Positions 51,907 to 63,158 of a stretch of 64,000 bases of DNA are shown one piece after another (position 1 is the stretch's first letter; every line of letters begins with the position of its first letter). Below the pieces are notes generated by a model that made no database searches, was not told the DNA's origin, and saw only the letters and a program-made list of their open reading frames with translations. Source of the DNA: Flavobacteriales bacterium (lineage in GTDB: Bacteria > Bacteroidota > Bacteroidia > Flavobacteriales > UBA7312); the NCBI GenBank assembly GCA_965661345.1, contig CBFIDK010000001.1, forward strand, positions 3,896-67,895, given 5' to 3'. The translations under genes and the position numbers were made by a program.

Positions 51907-53514
51907 CTATTTAATATCAGAAGCAAAGTCTGTCCTTACACCATCCTTAAATGCGATTATAAAAGCGTTCTTATAACCATTATTGAAAACCTTATTTAAG
52001 TATTTTTCAGCATTGTTATAGCTGTTGTAATTTCCACAAATGAATGAATAAAAATCATTTCCTAAAGGAATAGTCAATAAGTCATCATGAAGATAGATAT
52101 CTATAGGCATGTTAAACTCACTATAATCTCCTAATGCTACTCTGAAAACAGCACCTTCTAAAAATGATAAATCTACATTTTCATTTTTCACACCTGTTTT
52201 GACATATTGCTTGTATATTTCCGTCAACTCATTCTTATATTTTTCATGAAGTTTAAATACCTTCTTAGCACTTTTTAAATCCTCCTGATCATTATATATC
52301 GCTACTTGATTCTGATAGGATAATAAAAAGTATTTATCCAAAGAATTACATTCTTCAAGTAATTCCAAAGCTTTTTGAGTATTACCCATGCCGTGTTGAA
52401 TAACAGCTATGTTGTAAGCTAAGTCTCTGTCTTCATACACAGACTTTGATAGAGTTTCAATAATTGGTATTACTTTCTTTCTATCTCTTTCCTCAGGACT
52501 TCTAAAGTATGACATCGCTAAATTGGCATTCACATAGCTTAAAGTAAGTTGAGATACTTTTGCCTGGTTAAATTTCTTTAGAGACGACTTAAATGCTTTA
52601 ATAGCCAGTGGAAATTCACCAGAATTAAACAATACAACGCCTTGATCATAGTACTCTTGACCTTCAGCTAGCTTTTTTCTTAGTCTCTCATCAAAGGCAG
52701 TTATGGATTCGTTTTTAAGAACAGACTTACTATCGCCTTTAACTTTTAACATTAATGGATCGATACTTATTCCTTTAGGAGGCTCTTCAATTACAACAGG
52801 CTCATTAGGTTTGCCTGCTTTTTTTGCTTTCTCATTCTTTTTTGCCAACGCAAGCTGTTCCTTTCGTTGTTTTTCCGCCAATATATCTTGAGCGATTTTA
52901 AGTCGAGATAATGTTTTTTCAACCTTCTTTGGTTGATTAATTGCCTGATACACGGCAGCTAAATTTCCATAAGCCTTAAAAAACTCTTTGTCCATCTTAA
53001 TTACAGATTCTAATAATTCTGCTGAACGAGTTTCGTTGTTGTTAAGGAAATTTAAAATAGCCATATTATATACCCACTCTTTTTCTTTTTCGATAGATTT
53101 AGTGACAATTTCTAAATACCTCATCACTTTTTTCTTGTCTCTATCGTCATCGCTTAATTGATGGGCAACGGCAAGTTGTAAATTAGGAAAATTGAGTGCA
53201 TCATCACTTAACTTTGCTCTTTTATAATTTTTAAAAGAAGTCTTGAAAGATTGTATAGCTTCTGTTGAGTTTGACTGTTGTAGAAATTGAACACCTTCCA
53301 CATAAGCTTCTTCTGCTAATTTTATTTGATCAAGAGCTCTATCATTTAACCCTTTTACATTGGCATTTTCCATTATTTTATTTACATCTGAAATGATAAT
53401 TAAATCATTTATACCAATAGAAATCACTGGTTGATCATCAGAAAAATAAGTAGACGAAAAAGCATTTATAGAGAAAAGGGATACAATTCCAACTAATAAA
53501 AATAATCTTTTCAT
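51907..53514 (-). CDS. Exported TPR-repeat protein with C-terminal SPOR-like domain
   Basis: Signal peptide; two TPR blocks (AYGNLAAVY, AYNIAVI); FRVALG...GNYNSYNNA...GYKNAFIIAFKDGVR. Confidence 0.75.
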   Translation of the reverse strand: MKRLFLLVGIVSLFSINAFSSTYFSDDQPVISIGINDLIIISDVNKIMENANVKGLNDRALDQIKLAEEAYVEGVQFLQQSNSTEAIQSFKTSFKNYKRAKLSDDALNFPNLQLAVAHQLSDDDRDKKKVMRYLEIVTKSIEKEKEWVYNMAILNFLNNNETRSAELLESVIKMDKEFFKAYGNLAAVYQAINQPKKVEKTLSRLKIAQDILAEKQRKEQLALAKKNEKAKKAGKPNEPVVIEEPPKGISIDPLMLKVKGDSKSVLKNESITAFDERLRKKLAEGQEYYDQGVVLFNSGEFPLAIKAFKSSLKKFNQAKVSQLTLSYVNANLAMSYFRSPEERDRKKVIPIIETLSKSVYEDRDLAYNIAVIQHGMGNTQKALELLEECNSLDKYFLLSYQNQVAIYNDQEDLKSAKKVFKLHEKYKNELTEIYKQYVKTGVKNENVDLSFLEGAVFRVALGDYSEFNMPIDIYLHDDLLTIPLGNDFYSFICGNYNSYNNAEKYLNKVFNNGYKNAFIIAFKDGVRTDFASDIK

Positions 53515-53572
53515 TCGATTTAGTAATCAAGTTTTAAACTCTACGAAGGTAATGAAAATTTAAAAACTATTA

Positions 53573-56500
53573 TTATTGTTTCATAATCTTATAAATTAGT
53601 TGTTCTTCAGCATTGAAAATGTTGATAATATACATTCCATTTGGCAAGGATGACGTATTTATTTTCCATGAATTTTCGTTGCGACCACTTTCAACAACTT
53701 TACCCCTTACATCTCTTAATACCCAATCATATTCAGAATTTGAATCGATGGTAACATTTATCTCATTAACAAAAGGATTAGGGAAAATACTAACATCTGC
53801 GCCAGATAACCAATTTGACAAATCTAGAACTTCTATTTTATACAAACTAGACTCTCCTTCACATCCTAAACTATCAGTTACAACTACACTATATAAACCT
53901 GGATCATTAGGATTAAATACTTCTGAAATAGCACCATCTATTAAGTTATTTTCTTCGTACCACTGGTAAGAATATGGCGGCGTACCCATTGATGCAGGAT
54001 TTTGAAGGGTTGGTTGTAAAACTGTCAACTCACCCTCTTCAAAAGAAATAACTGGATAAATTGCATTTTGATCAAGTATTGAAATATCTTCAATCAAAAA
54101 GCATCCATTATCATCAATCATTTTTATAGAATACTCTCCTGAACATAGGTTTTCAAATAGGATGTTTGTGTCTAAATTATTAATACACACAAAAGTATAA
54201 GGCATAGTGCCTCCGCTAATTGAATCAATTGAAATAGTTGCATCACAACTGGCATAACAACTCGCGTTTTCAGCATCTAAAGCAAAGTATAACGCTTCTT
54301 TGTCGAAAAATTCAAAAGTATCCGTTTGATAGCAAAAACTACTTCCATCAGGATAATTATAATAAGCCGTTATGATATGTTCACCAACTCCTAAATTGGT
54401 GAATAAATTTTCAGCATTAGGCAATGAATTATCAATTTCTACCCATGGAGATGGAGCGTCTCCTTGCAGGGAATTTATTTGCACATAACCATCATTAAAT
54501 CCTGCACATGAAATATCATGTGCTGAATAATCAAAATCCAATGAAAAAGATGGTACAGCAACATCAAACTCTGTGAGACAGTCCAAACCATCTTTTACGT
54601 TTATAGAATAATTACCCGCATCTAATGGAGTGAACAAGCCTTGATTGAAAAATATGGTACTATCCCAAGCATCTATAGAATACGAATAAACTCCTGTTAT
54701 ACTTCCGGAAGCTTGAACTGAAAAACCACCTTGATCAACTAGGTTAGTTAGCCCATTGAGAAATGGAGCGTTGCAATAAACGGTATCGTAAAACAGCTCT
54801 ATGGTGATTGGTGTAATTTCTGGAACAGTTACGTTGATAGAGTCAATACAATTCAAACTATCCTGAACAAATATCACATAATCTCCTTGAGATAGATTAT
54901 TAAAAATATACTGCTGACTTTCTATAAAATTAAGTGTGTCATTGATAGAGAAACTATAATTGCCTGTTCCTTCTGAAGCTGTAACATGAATTTTGCCTGT
55001 TCCTTCAACCTGACAAGAATCGCTAAGTACAGCAGGGTATTGCACATCTACAAAGTTAATCGTGTCTGCCGCCAAGCAAGGAATATTTGGCACTACAATG
55101 GAATCTGATTTCAGACAACCAAACGAATCTTCAACAGTAAATAAATTTAGAGAGTCACCGCATAATTGAGAAAATAGACTATCTGTTTGTAGAGGTAGCT
55201 CATTAATTCCATATTCAAAAGGACTAATTCCTCCAACTGCTTTTAAATTGACTTCCGCATCGCATGTATAACAACAACTTGGTTCTGTTACTAACTCCAA
55301 TGATATTAAAATTTCATCGGGAGAATTACATTCAACGGTTATCGTATCAGAAACACAACCTAATGTATCTCTAGCAAAAAATTGGTATTCATCGCCTCCT
55401 ACTAGTTCTTCTATTGGAAGAGTATTAAAAGTATCTTCTGGATTACTCACAATAAAATAGCTGAAAGGAGCAGTCCCCCCCATTAAATCAATGGTAATAA
55501 AGCCCGTAGAATCCCCAAAACAAGGAGCACAATAACCTAATGTGTCTGATAAAGTGTAGTTATCTATAAATAAATTCTGTTGTGGCTGAGTCAAGACAAC
55601 TTCTAGTGTATCTTCACAACCTACACTATCTACAACTGCCACAATAAAAGTGTCTGCCAACAGCTCTATTATTACGTTTGAATCATTTATAGCACCATCA
55701 ATTTTAAATTTATATGGCGGAATACCACCACTTGCAGTCAGACCAATTTGACCATCATTATTTCCAAAACAACTTATGTTATTCGTAAGTGAATCAATAA
55801 TGGATAAACTTAAAACTGGGGGTTCATTGACGATGAAATTGGTATCTATCTTGCAATAATTAGAGTCTATAATTTCAATAGTGAAAGATCCAGCAAATAA
55901 TTCGTTAGATAAAATTGTTGTATCTGAATTAATTACATAATCAAAGGGCGAAGTACCACCGACAAGAAAATATTCAACTACACCACTACTATCCGAATTG
56001 CAGATTACATCGGTTACAACTAAAGAGTCTATGTAGAAAGAATCTGGTTGATTTATGAATACTGAAAATGGGATAGTACAGCCTAGCGAATCAACTATTT
56101 CTAAGTCGTATGTGTTAGAATATAAATTTTGGAATAAAAATGGGTGATTATAATTCTGAACTGAATCTACAAAATTATAAGTATAAGGCGCTACACCACC
56201 AATAATATGTGGCATAAATTCACCATCATTTAATCCGTAGCAAGTAACGTCTAGGTGTAAATCCAAGCTATCGGTCACCTCTAGTGAATCATTTTGGAAA
56301 ATCTCAACTTGTTCAGCAGATTTACAACCAGTAGAGTCTAGTACAATCACCTCATAACTACCAATCGTTAAGTTTGTGAAGTTTGGAGAGTCTTGGAATG
56401 TAATAGTATCAAGGTCTTTTACTAATATGTATTCATATGGAAGTGCCCCAAATTGAGCTAAGGTATTAATGTATCCTGTCGAATCGCCAAAACAATTCAA

Positions 56501-59500
56501 GGTGTCTGTATAATCAACAATCTCATAAGTGAAAGATGAGTAGTCATTTATTTCAAACTGTAATGTGTCAGTACACATATTATCATCTTCGATTTTCAAC
56601 ACATAGATTGTATCTTCAAGATTTTCGATTGTAAACTGATTATTCGAACCTATATTAACAGATAAAGGCTCGTCATTAAGGGTAAAAGTAAAGGGCGGAA
56701 AATCCCCATCAATAAGTTCAAACTCACCACTTCCAAATGGCGTTTGACAATCTATATGTTCTATATTTAAGGATATCAGTTCTGGTGAAATAGGGTTTGT
56801 AACAATTTCAGAAATAATTTGACCAGTACAGCCTAAAGAATCCGTAACTACAATTGTGTATGTGCCAACTTGAAGATCTGTGAACTCATGTGGATACGTA
56901 TAAGTTATTGTATCATTAAGCAATCCCATTTTATAATTCGGAAGCCCCCCACTTACTTCGATCGTTACTTTTCCCAAACCAATACCAACACACAATACAT
57001 CTTGATGTAGAATAAAATTCTCTTCTAAAATTAATTGAGGGTTTTGATGAATAGTAAACTGCACAGAATCTGCACATAAAAATGAATCCACCGCATTGAT
57101 TTGATAATCTCCTGCTGTAAGATTTTCAAAAACAGAATCTAATTGGGTATATTGTAATGTATCGTTTCGATAAATAGAATATTCAACAGTTCCAATCTCT
57201 CCAATTATACTTACAGTCGCTTCCCCTGTCGAATCGCCAAAACAAGAAAGAGTGTCGGTTGTATATGATGGTAAAGAGAGTGTAAAGTTAGAAGTTGTAA
57301 TAATTTCAAACGACAAAGAATCTTGGCATAAGTTTGAGTCTACAACTGTCAGATGATAAGTATTTGGTTGAAGATTAGTGATATCGAAATTGCCTTGCAT
57401 ATCTAAATTAATTGTTTGAACAGTATCATTTAATTCAAAAATATAAGGGAGTACTCCTCCAGTAATTTGAAGTTCTGCAACTCCATATGGCACTTGACAA
57501 TTTGCATTAGTAACATTCACAGTATTCATTGTCAATTCCAATGGCTCAGTAATTTCTACATCTATAAATTTTAAACAGTTAAGACTATTTTCAACCTCAT
57601 AGGAATAGAGACCACTGACTAGACTATCAAAAATATGAGAGTCATTGTACAATGTCGTATCATTTACATTTTTTATATAAAATGGTGCTCCAAACCCACT
57701 AATTTCAAAACCCATTTGTCCTGAGCTATCTCCAAAACACAAATTATTTACGTGGATTGCTAAATCTTCAATGACATAAAAATCAGGGTTTTGAAAAACA
57801 TTTAATGCTACTGAATCTTGACATCCATTTGCATCAGTTACAAAAACTTCATAGTTCCCTTCAACTAATGAAGAAAAGTAATCGCTATTTTGCTGATAAA
57901 GTAAGGTGTCGTTTCTGTAAATATGGAAATCATAGGCAGGAGTTCCACCACTTGCTGCAGTTTGTATAAAAGCGGTTGAATCGCCATAGCAAACAATAGA
58001 GTCGGAAGATGAAGTTATTGAAAATGACAATAGTGAAGGCTCATAAATTTGAAAGGATGTAGAGTAATAACATCCATTTAAGTCTGTAATCTCAATGGTA
58101 TATGAGTTTGGAAGCAAACTTTCGATGGAATAATTACCAGAAGCATCTGGGTTTAAATTTAGTGTATCACCATTTAAACTGATTGTATAAAAAGGTGTTC
58201 CCCCATTTATCTTAAACGTTACATTACCAGAACTATCTCCAAAGCATAAAATATTCTGAATAATTAAAGAATCTATTCTTAAACTATCGGGCTGTGTCAC
58301 CTCCACCGTAGAAATCGATGAGCAGAACAATTCGTCTAATAATTCAACAGTATATTGATTTGCTGACAATCCATAAACAGTATCTATCAAATCCTCAGAA
58401 ATATTATTGTAAACTTCAACATTTAAAGAATCTCTTACAATAAAATGAAATGTTGATGAAGAAGAATCTGATTCTAAAATCATGTAGGCGTTACTATCGC
58501 CATAACATAAAAGATTTGATTGTTGTACACTTAATACTGGAGAATAGTAATCTATACTAAAATCGAAAAAACAACTACCTAACTCTAGCACATAACTAGA
58601 GGATTGTGAAGGATAAATTTGAATTGCTGACGAATCCCCTAATGTTAAATAATTTTGATCTACTACTTGGTGCCATTCTACTTGATAATTACCACTAATA
58701 AATGGAGAGATATCAATATCTATTGAAGAATCTGAACTACATAATATGTAATTGTCACTTAAATATTCTTCATTGGTGTTATTTTGCATTAAGCTCACAT
58801 AATCAGAAATAATCGAAATATGCACCGAATCAGAAATAGATAAACAGTTATTTGAGTCTAACGCCTCTACTTGTACAAACACATCAGAAGTGTCAATTAG
58901 AAGTTGTTGACCAAAACTTCCATCACTCCATTGATAATTGGTGAAGCCACTATCAGCTACTAGAAAACTATTTAAATCACATGTTTGCGCAAAAAATAAG
59001 CCATTAAGGGATTCATAAATTAAACTCGTATCACCATTTAGTGTTAAATTAATAAATGAGTTACTAGTTTCAATACTAATTATTGTATCAAAAATAACCT
59101 GTGAATTATTAGTGATTTCTAAATTGTAATCACCCTCAGCCAACATGAAAATAGACGTGTCGTTGGAAGAAAATCCGTTAGGACCAGTCCATTCGAATGT
59201 GTAGGAATTGAGAGTCTGAACATCAAATAAAATTTGACCTGAGTTAACACCACTACAAGTGTGGGTAACGTCATAAATATAAGACTCCATTGGCGTTGTA
59301 AAAGAGTAAGTTGTAGACCATCCTTCAATACAATCTGTCAAAGAGTTAGTTCTTACTTCCACTTCGTAGGTTGTGGATGGTGAAAGACCTGTAAGCAACT
59401 TAGTCGAAAGCATTTCAGCGATTCCATCATCAAATAATCCTGATGCTACAATTTGCCAAGCTTGACCAACTTCTCTGTATCTAAATCGATAGCCATCAAC

Positions 59501-60595
59501 TAGAGAGTCAGCTAGCCAATTTATCGATGCATCAAAGGGCATGACATCGGTAAACCATAATGTATCTGGAAGTAATGGGTCCGGTAATACATTTACAGTT
59601 TCTAATTTTTGACACCCTAATGAATCTTGTACTATTATGGTGTAAGATCCACTTAATAATGATGAGTAAACACTATTAGTGGAGAAAGAAATACCATCAA
59701 TAGAATATTCATAAGGAGGCAATCCTCCATTTGAAAATATTTGTATTTCTCCATCCATTTGATCAGGACAACTCGCATCTGTAACACTTGAAGAAATTGA
59801 AAGCGTATTACAAATGGTATCTATCAACGTTACGGATACCTGTTCTTGCTCCGAAATAATTGATAATAAATTTCCATTTTGATCTACACTCCACAACCTC
59901 AAAAATGCAGTATATTCACCTAAAGGGGCTTCATTTGGCTGATTAAATTTCACACGAACTGGCCTCGTTCTAACTTCCTCACAGTTCAAATTTTCGCCCG
60001 TTTGTCCACCCCAATACCCAATGGCATCGCCGTTTGAATTAATAGTGTAAGGGATATTTTCCCATAAAGATTGAGCGTTAAAATATTCGATGACAAAATC
60101 ATTTTGCTCTATACTATCGGATTGATGAGAAATAATAAACTCTGGCTTGAACGACACCTGACAACCAAGATTGGTTAGTTTCACATCACACTCAGTATAT
60201 GTATTATAGCCTACTGGATTTATATCAAAAGGGCTAGAAATTTCTAGCTGTGCAGTATCTGGATCACACGAATAGGATGTAAACGTATAAGAAGCTGAAT
60301 CTGTGCAATTCTGAAAATTGTCAGTTACATATACCCAAATGGCTTGATTTGCAGGTAAAAAACTATAAGTGGTAGAACTCGTCTGAGGACCGCCTGGCAA
60401 ATTACCTCCATTTTCATTTAACCATTCGTATGTGTAGAAACCAGTTCCTCCAGTAACAATTGCTTCCAATTGCCCACCATTAAAACTTCCTTGACAGTAT
60501 GGCTCTGATAATACTTGAAAATCGATGAGAACACATTGAGAATATGCTGAAATAGACGCAAACAAAAATGCTATTGAAACAAAAAAGTTTTTCAT
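53573..60595 (-). CDS. Giant T9SS-secreted surface protein with SprB-like repeats and an FN3 domain
   Basis: Repeated CxGxxxG...GGxxPY...DxxGC units; YRFRYRE...GLSPSTTYEV (FN3); IFPNPF...LPNGMYII type A CTD. Confidence 0.88.
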   Translation of the reverse strand: MKNFFVSIAFLFASISAYSQCVLIDFQVLSEPYCQGSFNGGQLEAIVTGGTGFYTYEWLNENGGNLPGGPQTSSTTYSFLPANQAIWVYVTDNFQNCTDSASYTFTSYSCDPDTAQLEISSPFDINPVGYNTYTECDVKLTNLGCQVSFKPEFIISHQSDSIEQNDFVIEYFNAQSLWENIPYTINSNGDAIGYWGGQTGENLNCEEVRTRPVRVKFNQPNEAPLGEYTAFLRLWSVDQNGNLLSIISEQEQVSVTLIDTICNTLSISSSVTDASCPDQMDGEIQIFSNGGLPPYEYSIDGISFSTNSVYSSLLSGSYTIIVQDSLGCQKLETVNVLPDPLLPDTLWFTDVMPFDASINWLADSLVDGYRFRYREVGQAWQIVASGLFDDGIAEMLSTKLLTGLSPSTTYEVEVRTNSLTDCIEGWSTTYSFTTPMESYIYDVTHTCSGVNSGQILFDVQTLNSYTFEWTGPNGFSSNDTSIFMLAEGDYNLEITNNSQVIFDTIISIETSNSFINLTLNGDTSLIYESLNGLFFAQTCDLNSFLVADSGFTNYQWSDGSFGQQLLIDTSDVFVQVEALDSNNCLSISDSVHISIISDYVSLMQNNTNEEYLSDNYILCSSDSSIDIDISPFISGNYQVEWHQVVDQNYLTLGDSSAIQIYPSQSSSYVLELGSCFFDFSIDYYSPVLSVQQSNLLCYGDSNAYMILESDSSSSTFHFIVRDSLNVEVYNNISEDLIDTVYGLSANQYTVELLDELFCSSISTVEVTQPDSLRIDSLIIQNILCFGDSSGNVTFKINGGTPFYTISLNGDTLNLNPDASGNYSIESLLPNSYTIEITDLNGCYYSTSFQIYEPSLLSFSITSSSDSIVCYGDSTAFIQTAASGGTPAYDFHIYRNDTLLYQQNSDYFSSLVEGNYEVFVTDANGCQDSVALNVFQNPDFYVIEDLAIHVNNLCFGDSSGQMGFEISGFGAPFYIKNVNDTTLYNDSHIFDSLVSGLYSYEVENSLNCLKFIDVEITEPLELTMNTVNVTNANCQVPYGVAELQITGGVLPYIFELNDTVQTINLDMQGNFDITNLQPNTYHLTVVDSNLCQDSLSFEIITTSNFTLSLPSYTTDTLSCFGDSTGEATVSIIGEIGTVEYSIYRNDTLQYTQLDSVFENLTAGDYQINAVDSFLCADSVQFTIHQNPQLILEENFILHQDVLCVGIGLGKVTIEVSGGLPNYKMGLLNDTITYTYPHEFTDLQVGTYTIVVTDSLGCTGQIISEIVTNPISPELISLNIEHIDCQTPFGSGEFELIDGDFPPFTFTLNDEPLSVNIGSNNQFTIENLEDTIYVLKIEDDNMCTDTLQFEINDYSSFTYEIVDYTDTLNCFGDSTGYINTLAQFGALPYEYILVKDLDTITFQDSPNFTNLTIGSYEVIVLDSTGCKSAEQVEIFQNDSLEVTDSLDLHLDVTCYGLNDGEFMPHIIGGVAPYTYNFVDSVQNYNHPFLFQNLYSNTYDLEIVDSLGCTIPFSVFINQPDSFYIDSLVVTDVICNSDSSGVVEYFLVGGTSPFDYVINSDTTILSNELFAGSFTIEIIDSNYCKIDTNFIVNEPPVLSLSIIDSLTNNISCFGNNDGQIGLTASGGIPPYKFKIDGAINDSNVIIELLADTFIVAVVDSVGCEDTLEVVLTQPQQNLFIDNYTLSDTLGYCAPCFGDSTGFITIDLMGGTAPFSYFIVSNPEDTFNTLPIEELVGGDEYQFFARDTLGCVSDTITVECNSPDEILISLELVTEPSCCYTCDAEVNLKAVGGISPFEYGINELPLQTDSLFSQLCGDSLNLFTVEDSFGCLKSDSIVVPNIPCLAADTINFVDVQYPAVLSDSCQVEGTGKIHVTASEGTGNYSFSINDTLNFIESQQYIFNNLSQGDYVIFVQDSLNCIDSINVTVPEITPITIELFYDTVYCNAPFLNGLTNLVDQGGFSVQASGSITGVYSYSIDAWDSTIFFNQGLFTPLDAGNYSINVKDGLDCLTEFDVAVPSFSLDFDYSAHDISCAGFNDGYVQINSLQGDAPSPWVEIDNSLPNAENLFTNLGVGEHIITAYYNYPDGSSFCYQTDTFEFFDKEALYFALDAENASCYASCDATISIDSISGGTMPYTFVCINNLDTNILFENLCSGEYSIKMIDDNGCFLIEDISILDQNAIYPVISFEEGELTVLQPTLQNPASMGTPPYSYQWYEENNLIDGAISEVFNPNDPGLYSVVVTDSLGCEGESSLYKIEVLDLSNWLSGADVSIFPNPFVNEINVTIDSNSEYDWVLRDVRGKVVESGRNENSWKINTSSLPNGMYIINIFNAEEQLIYKIMKQ

Positions 60596-60619
60596 GATAA
60601 CGAGGCTTTAAGAATAAAG

Positions 60620-60627
60620 CAAATATA
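60620..60627 (-). promoter_or_regulatory. -7 promoter element TATATTTG for the giant T9SS gene
   Basis: CAAATATA on the + strand, 24 nt upstream of the ATG at 60595. Confidence 0.6.
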
Positions 60628-60643
60628 CAAAAAAGAAGAAAAA

Positions 60644-62020
60644 CTATACCGCATTTTTCTCAGTCTTGAAAAGGTTGACAATCGTTAATAATATTAGTTT
60701 AAAATCAAGAAAAAGAGACCAATTTTCAATGTACCAAACATCGTATTTTACTCTCCCTTCCATATCTTCAATATTTCGTGTTTCACCACGAAACCCATTA
60801 GCTTGAGCAGCACCAGTAATGCCAGGTAAAACAAGTTGCCTTACCATGTAACCATCAATAATTTCAGAATAACTTTTGGTGTGTTTGAGCATATGTGGTC
60901 GCGGACCAACTACTGACATATTTCCGATTAATGTGTTAAAGAATTGAGGCATCTCATCAATACTTGTTCTGCGCAAAAAACTGCCAAATTTTGTTATTCT
61001 TGGATCATCTTTGTGCGCTTGTCTAATATCTGAAAAGCCATTTAAAGTCATTGTTCTAAACTTATAGCAGTCAAATTCTTTATTATCAAGACCAGAGCGT
61101 CTTTGAACGAAAAATATAGGTCCTTTAGATGTAAGCTTGATTATTAATCCCACAATCGGGGTTAACCAAGATAAAATAAACACAATTACAAAGAGTGAAA
61201 ATATAATATCAAATATCCTTTTAATAATTCTATTGAACTCATCTTGTAAGGGTTCTTCTCTAAGAGTTATTACTGGTATAGCGCCGTATAAATCAATATT
61301 AATTTTACGCTGTTTAAAACTCGTGAAATCTGGAGTAATTTTAAGTCTTATCATATTATCATCACAAAACTTAATGATATTCATGAGTAAAGTCTCATCA
61401 TAAATAGAGTCTGAATAATAAATTTCTTCTACCCTATTGTTTTTACAAAACTCTTCTAACTCATCTATATGAAAACATGGGCAATTTAACTTCTGACTGG
61501 AAGGTTTAGAGTAAAAAAATGCTTGAAGTTTGTATCCGTGCTCATTATTTGAGAAAAACTGAATCAGTTGATTGGATTTTTCAGCAGCACCAACAATTAC
61601 AATCTCTTTGTAGTTATATCCAAGACGCCTATATTTCTTAATGAAAAAAACGGAAAAAATTCTCCACACAAATAAAATCAAGTAACTTAAACCAAAGGTG
61701 TAATACAATTGGTCATATGAAAACGAGTTAGATTTCAGCGAGAATAAAAGCGTTGTTGTAATGAGTGCATGAACAATAACTGCTTTTAAAAGATTTGACA
61801 AAACAGATTCAAACCGTGTGGCACGTTCATAATCAAATAGTCCAAAAAAGAAACCTAATAATAGCCAGCTTAAGTTTACAATAATTAAAAGAAACAAGTA
61901 CTTATCAGATATGTTTAAGGAAAAAAAAGTGAATTTGTAAGCCAATAAAAAGGCTAAAGTAAGATGAAAAACATCACCAAAACTGAATAGAAAACGTAAT
62001 TTTAATGCTTTTACATTCAT
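60644..62020 (-). CDS. wcaJ: Polyprenyl-phosphate sugar phosphotransferase (WcaJ/WbaP family)
   Basis: Four N-terminal TMs, KRIFD, KFRTM, DDPRIT, DEMPQ, MSVVGPRP, PGITG. Confidence 0.9.
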   Translation of the reverse strand: MNVKALKLRFLFSFGDVFHLTLAFLLAYKFTFFSLNISDKYLFLLIIVNLSWLLLGFFFGLFDYERATRFESVLSNLLKAVIVHALITTTLLFSLKSNSFSYDQLYYTFGLSYLILFVWRIFSVFFIKKYRRLGYNYKEIVIVGAAEKSNQLIQFFSNNEHGYKLQAFFYSKPSSQKLNCPCFHIDELEEFCKNNRVEEIYYSDSIYDETLLMNIIKFCDDNMIRLKITPDFTSFKQRKINIDLYGAIPVITLREEPLQDEFNRIIKRIFDIIFSLFVIVFILSWLTPIVGLIIKLTSKGPIFFVQRRSGLDNKEFDCYKFRTMTLNGFSDIRQAHKDDPRITKFGSFLRRTSIDEMPQFFNTLIGNMSVVGPRPHMLKHTKSYSEIIDGYMVRQLVLPGITGAAQANGFRGETRNIEDMEGRVKYDVWYIENWSLFLDFKLILLTIVNLFKTEKNAV

Positions 62021-62079
62021 AGAACTTGTTAAGAAAAAGGCTAAGTATAAATATAATAAGAATCGTTGCTAAATCAAAA

Positions 62080-63153
62080 TTAAATCATGATTTGCTCATA
62101 TTGGCTTACAATATCATTGTGCTGGTAATTGTCATTGATCTTTTTAGAATTGAGTTTACACCATTCTAAATGATTCGCTTTTTGAACAGAATTGACAATT
62201 TTGGTGACATCAGATTTAGAGTCAAAATAAAACGCTTGATCTTCTAAGATAAGTTGATTAAAAGAGTTTGCATGTGCACAAATCAAAGCCGATGACGCCA
62301 TTGCTTCAAGCAGAGAGGGATTAGTGCCTCCAACGGTATGCCCATGAAAATATAAATTGGAATAATATCTCAAATTATTTAATATTTCAATTGATGCAAC
62401 AAAGCCTAAAAAAATAATTCTCTCATCAGTTACATAAGACCGTATTTGCCTACCCAATTTTGTGTTCATATTGCCTATTACAACTAACTTTCTAGAAATC
62501 TCTGAATCTATAAAGCCATCAATGATTGTTTTAACATTATTTTCGGGTTCAACTCTAGCAATTATCATGTCGTAACTATAAGGCTCTAAACCAAATTTTT
62601 GGAGGCATTCAATTTCTGGCGAACTAAATACACTTGCCCCATAAGGGATATAGGTCGATGTTTTAGTATATTTTTCAGAAAGATACTTTTGAATTCCAAT
62701 AGAATCAGCCACTAACGTATCACTATGATAAATGGCTAACCGTTCGGCGTATTTTAGAAAGTACTTAGTAAGCCCTGAATATTTAGTTCTCTTCCATTCA
62801 AGACCATCCATATTAGTTACTAATTTAACATTTTTATTGAACAAAAAATTCCAAATCGAACTGCTAGTATAACCTAGCTGTAGAACAACATCAAATTTTC
62901 GTTTCCTAGAATCTAGAATACAATTTAAATCATAAATAAATTGACCAGCAGTTCCTATTTTATATTCAGGATCAAAACAATGAATAATATTTACTCCTTT
63001 GTATTTTTGTTCCTGAAAAGGATGGTTGTGCGAATTGTAGACGTAGACTTGGTGTCCTTGCTGCGATAAGCCATCAGAAAGATACTCTGCAAACTGCTCA
63101 AATCCCCCATAATTATTTGGAATTCCTCTTGTACCAATGATAGCTAATTTCAT
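62080..63153 (-). CDS. GT4 glycosyltransferase with DUF1972 N-terminus
   Basis: GTRGIPNNYGGFE, NMDGLEWKR, PENN, HGHTVGGTNPSLLEA. Confidence 0.9.
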   Translation of the reverse strand: MKLAIIGTRGIPNNYGGFEQFAEYLSDGLSQQGHQVYVYNSHNHPFQEQKYKGVNIIHCFDPEYKIGTAGQFIYDLNCILDSRKRKFDVVLQLGYTSSSIWNFLFNKNVKLVTNMDGLEWKRTKYSGLTKYFLKYAERLAIYHSDTLVADSIGIQKYLSEKYTKTSTYIPYGASVFSSPEIECLQKFGLEPYSYDMIIARVEPENNVKTIIDGFIDSEISRKLVVIGNMNTKLGRQIRSYVTDERIIFLGFVASIEILNNLRYYSNLYFHGHTVGGTNPSLLEAMASSALICAHANSFNQLILEDQAFYFDSKSDVTKIVNSVQKANHLEWCKLNSKKINDNYQHNDIVSQYEQIMI

Positions 63154-63158
63154 TACAG

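Noticed and set aside
53573-60595. Repeated DNA words such as TCGAATCGCCAAAACA as a possible CRISPR or mobile repeat
   Set aside because: They are codons of the recurring CFGDST protein repeat within one ORF, irregularly spaced, with no cas genes.
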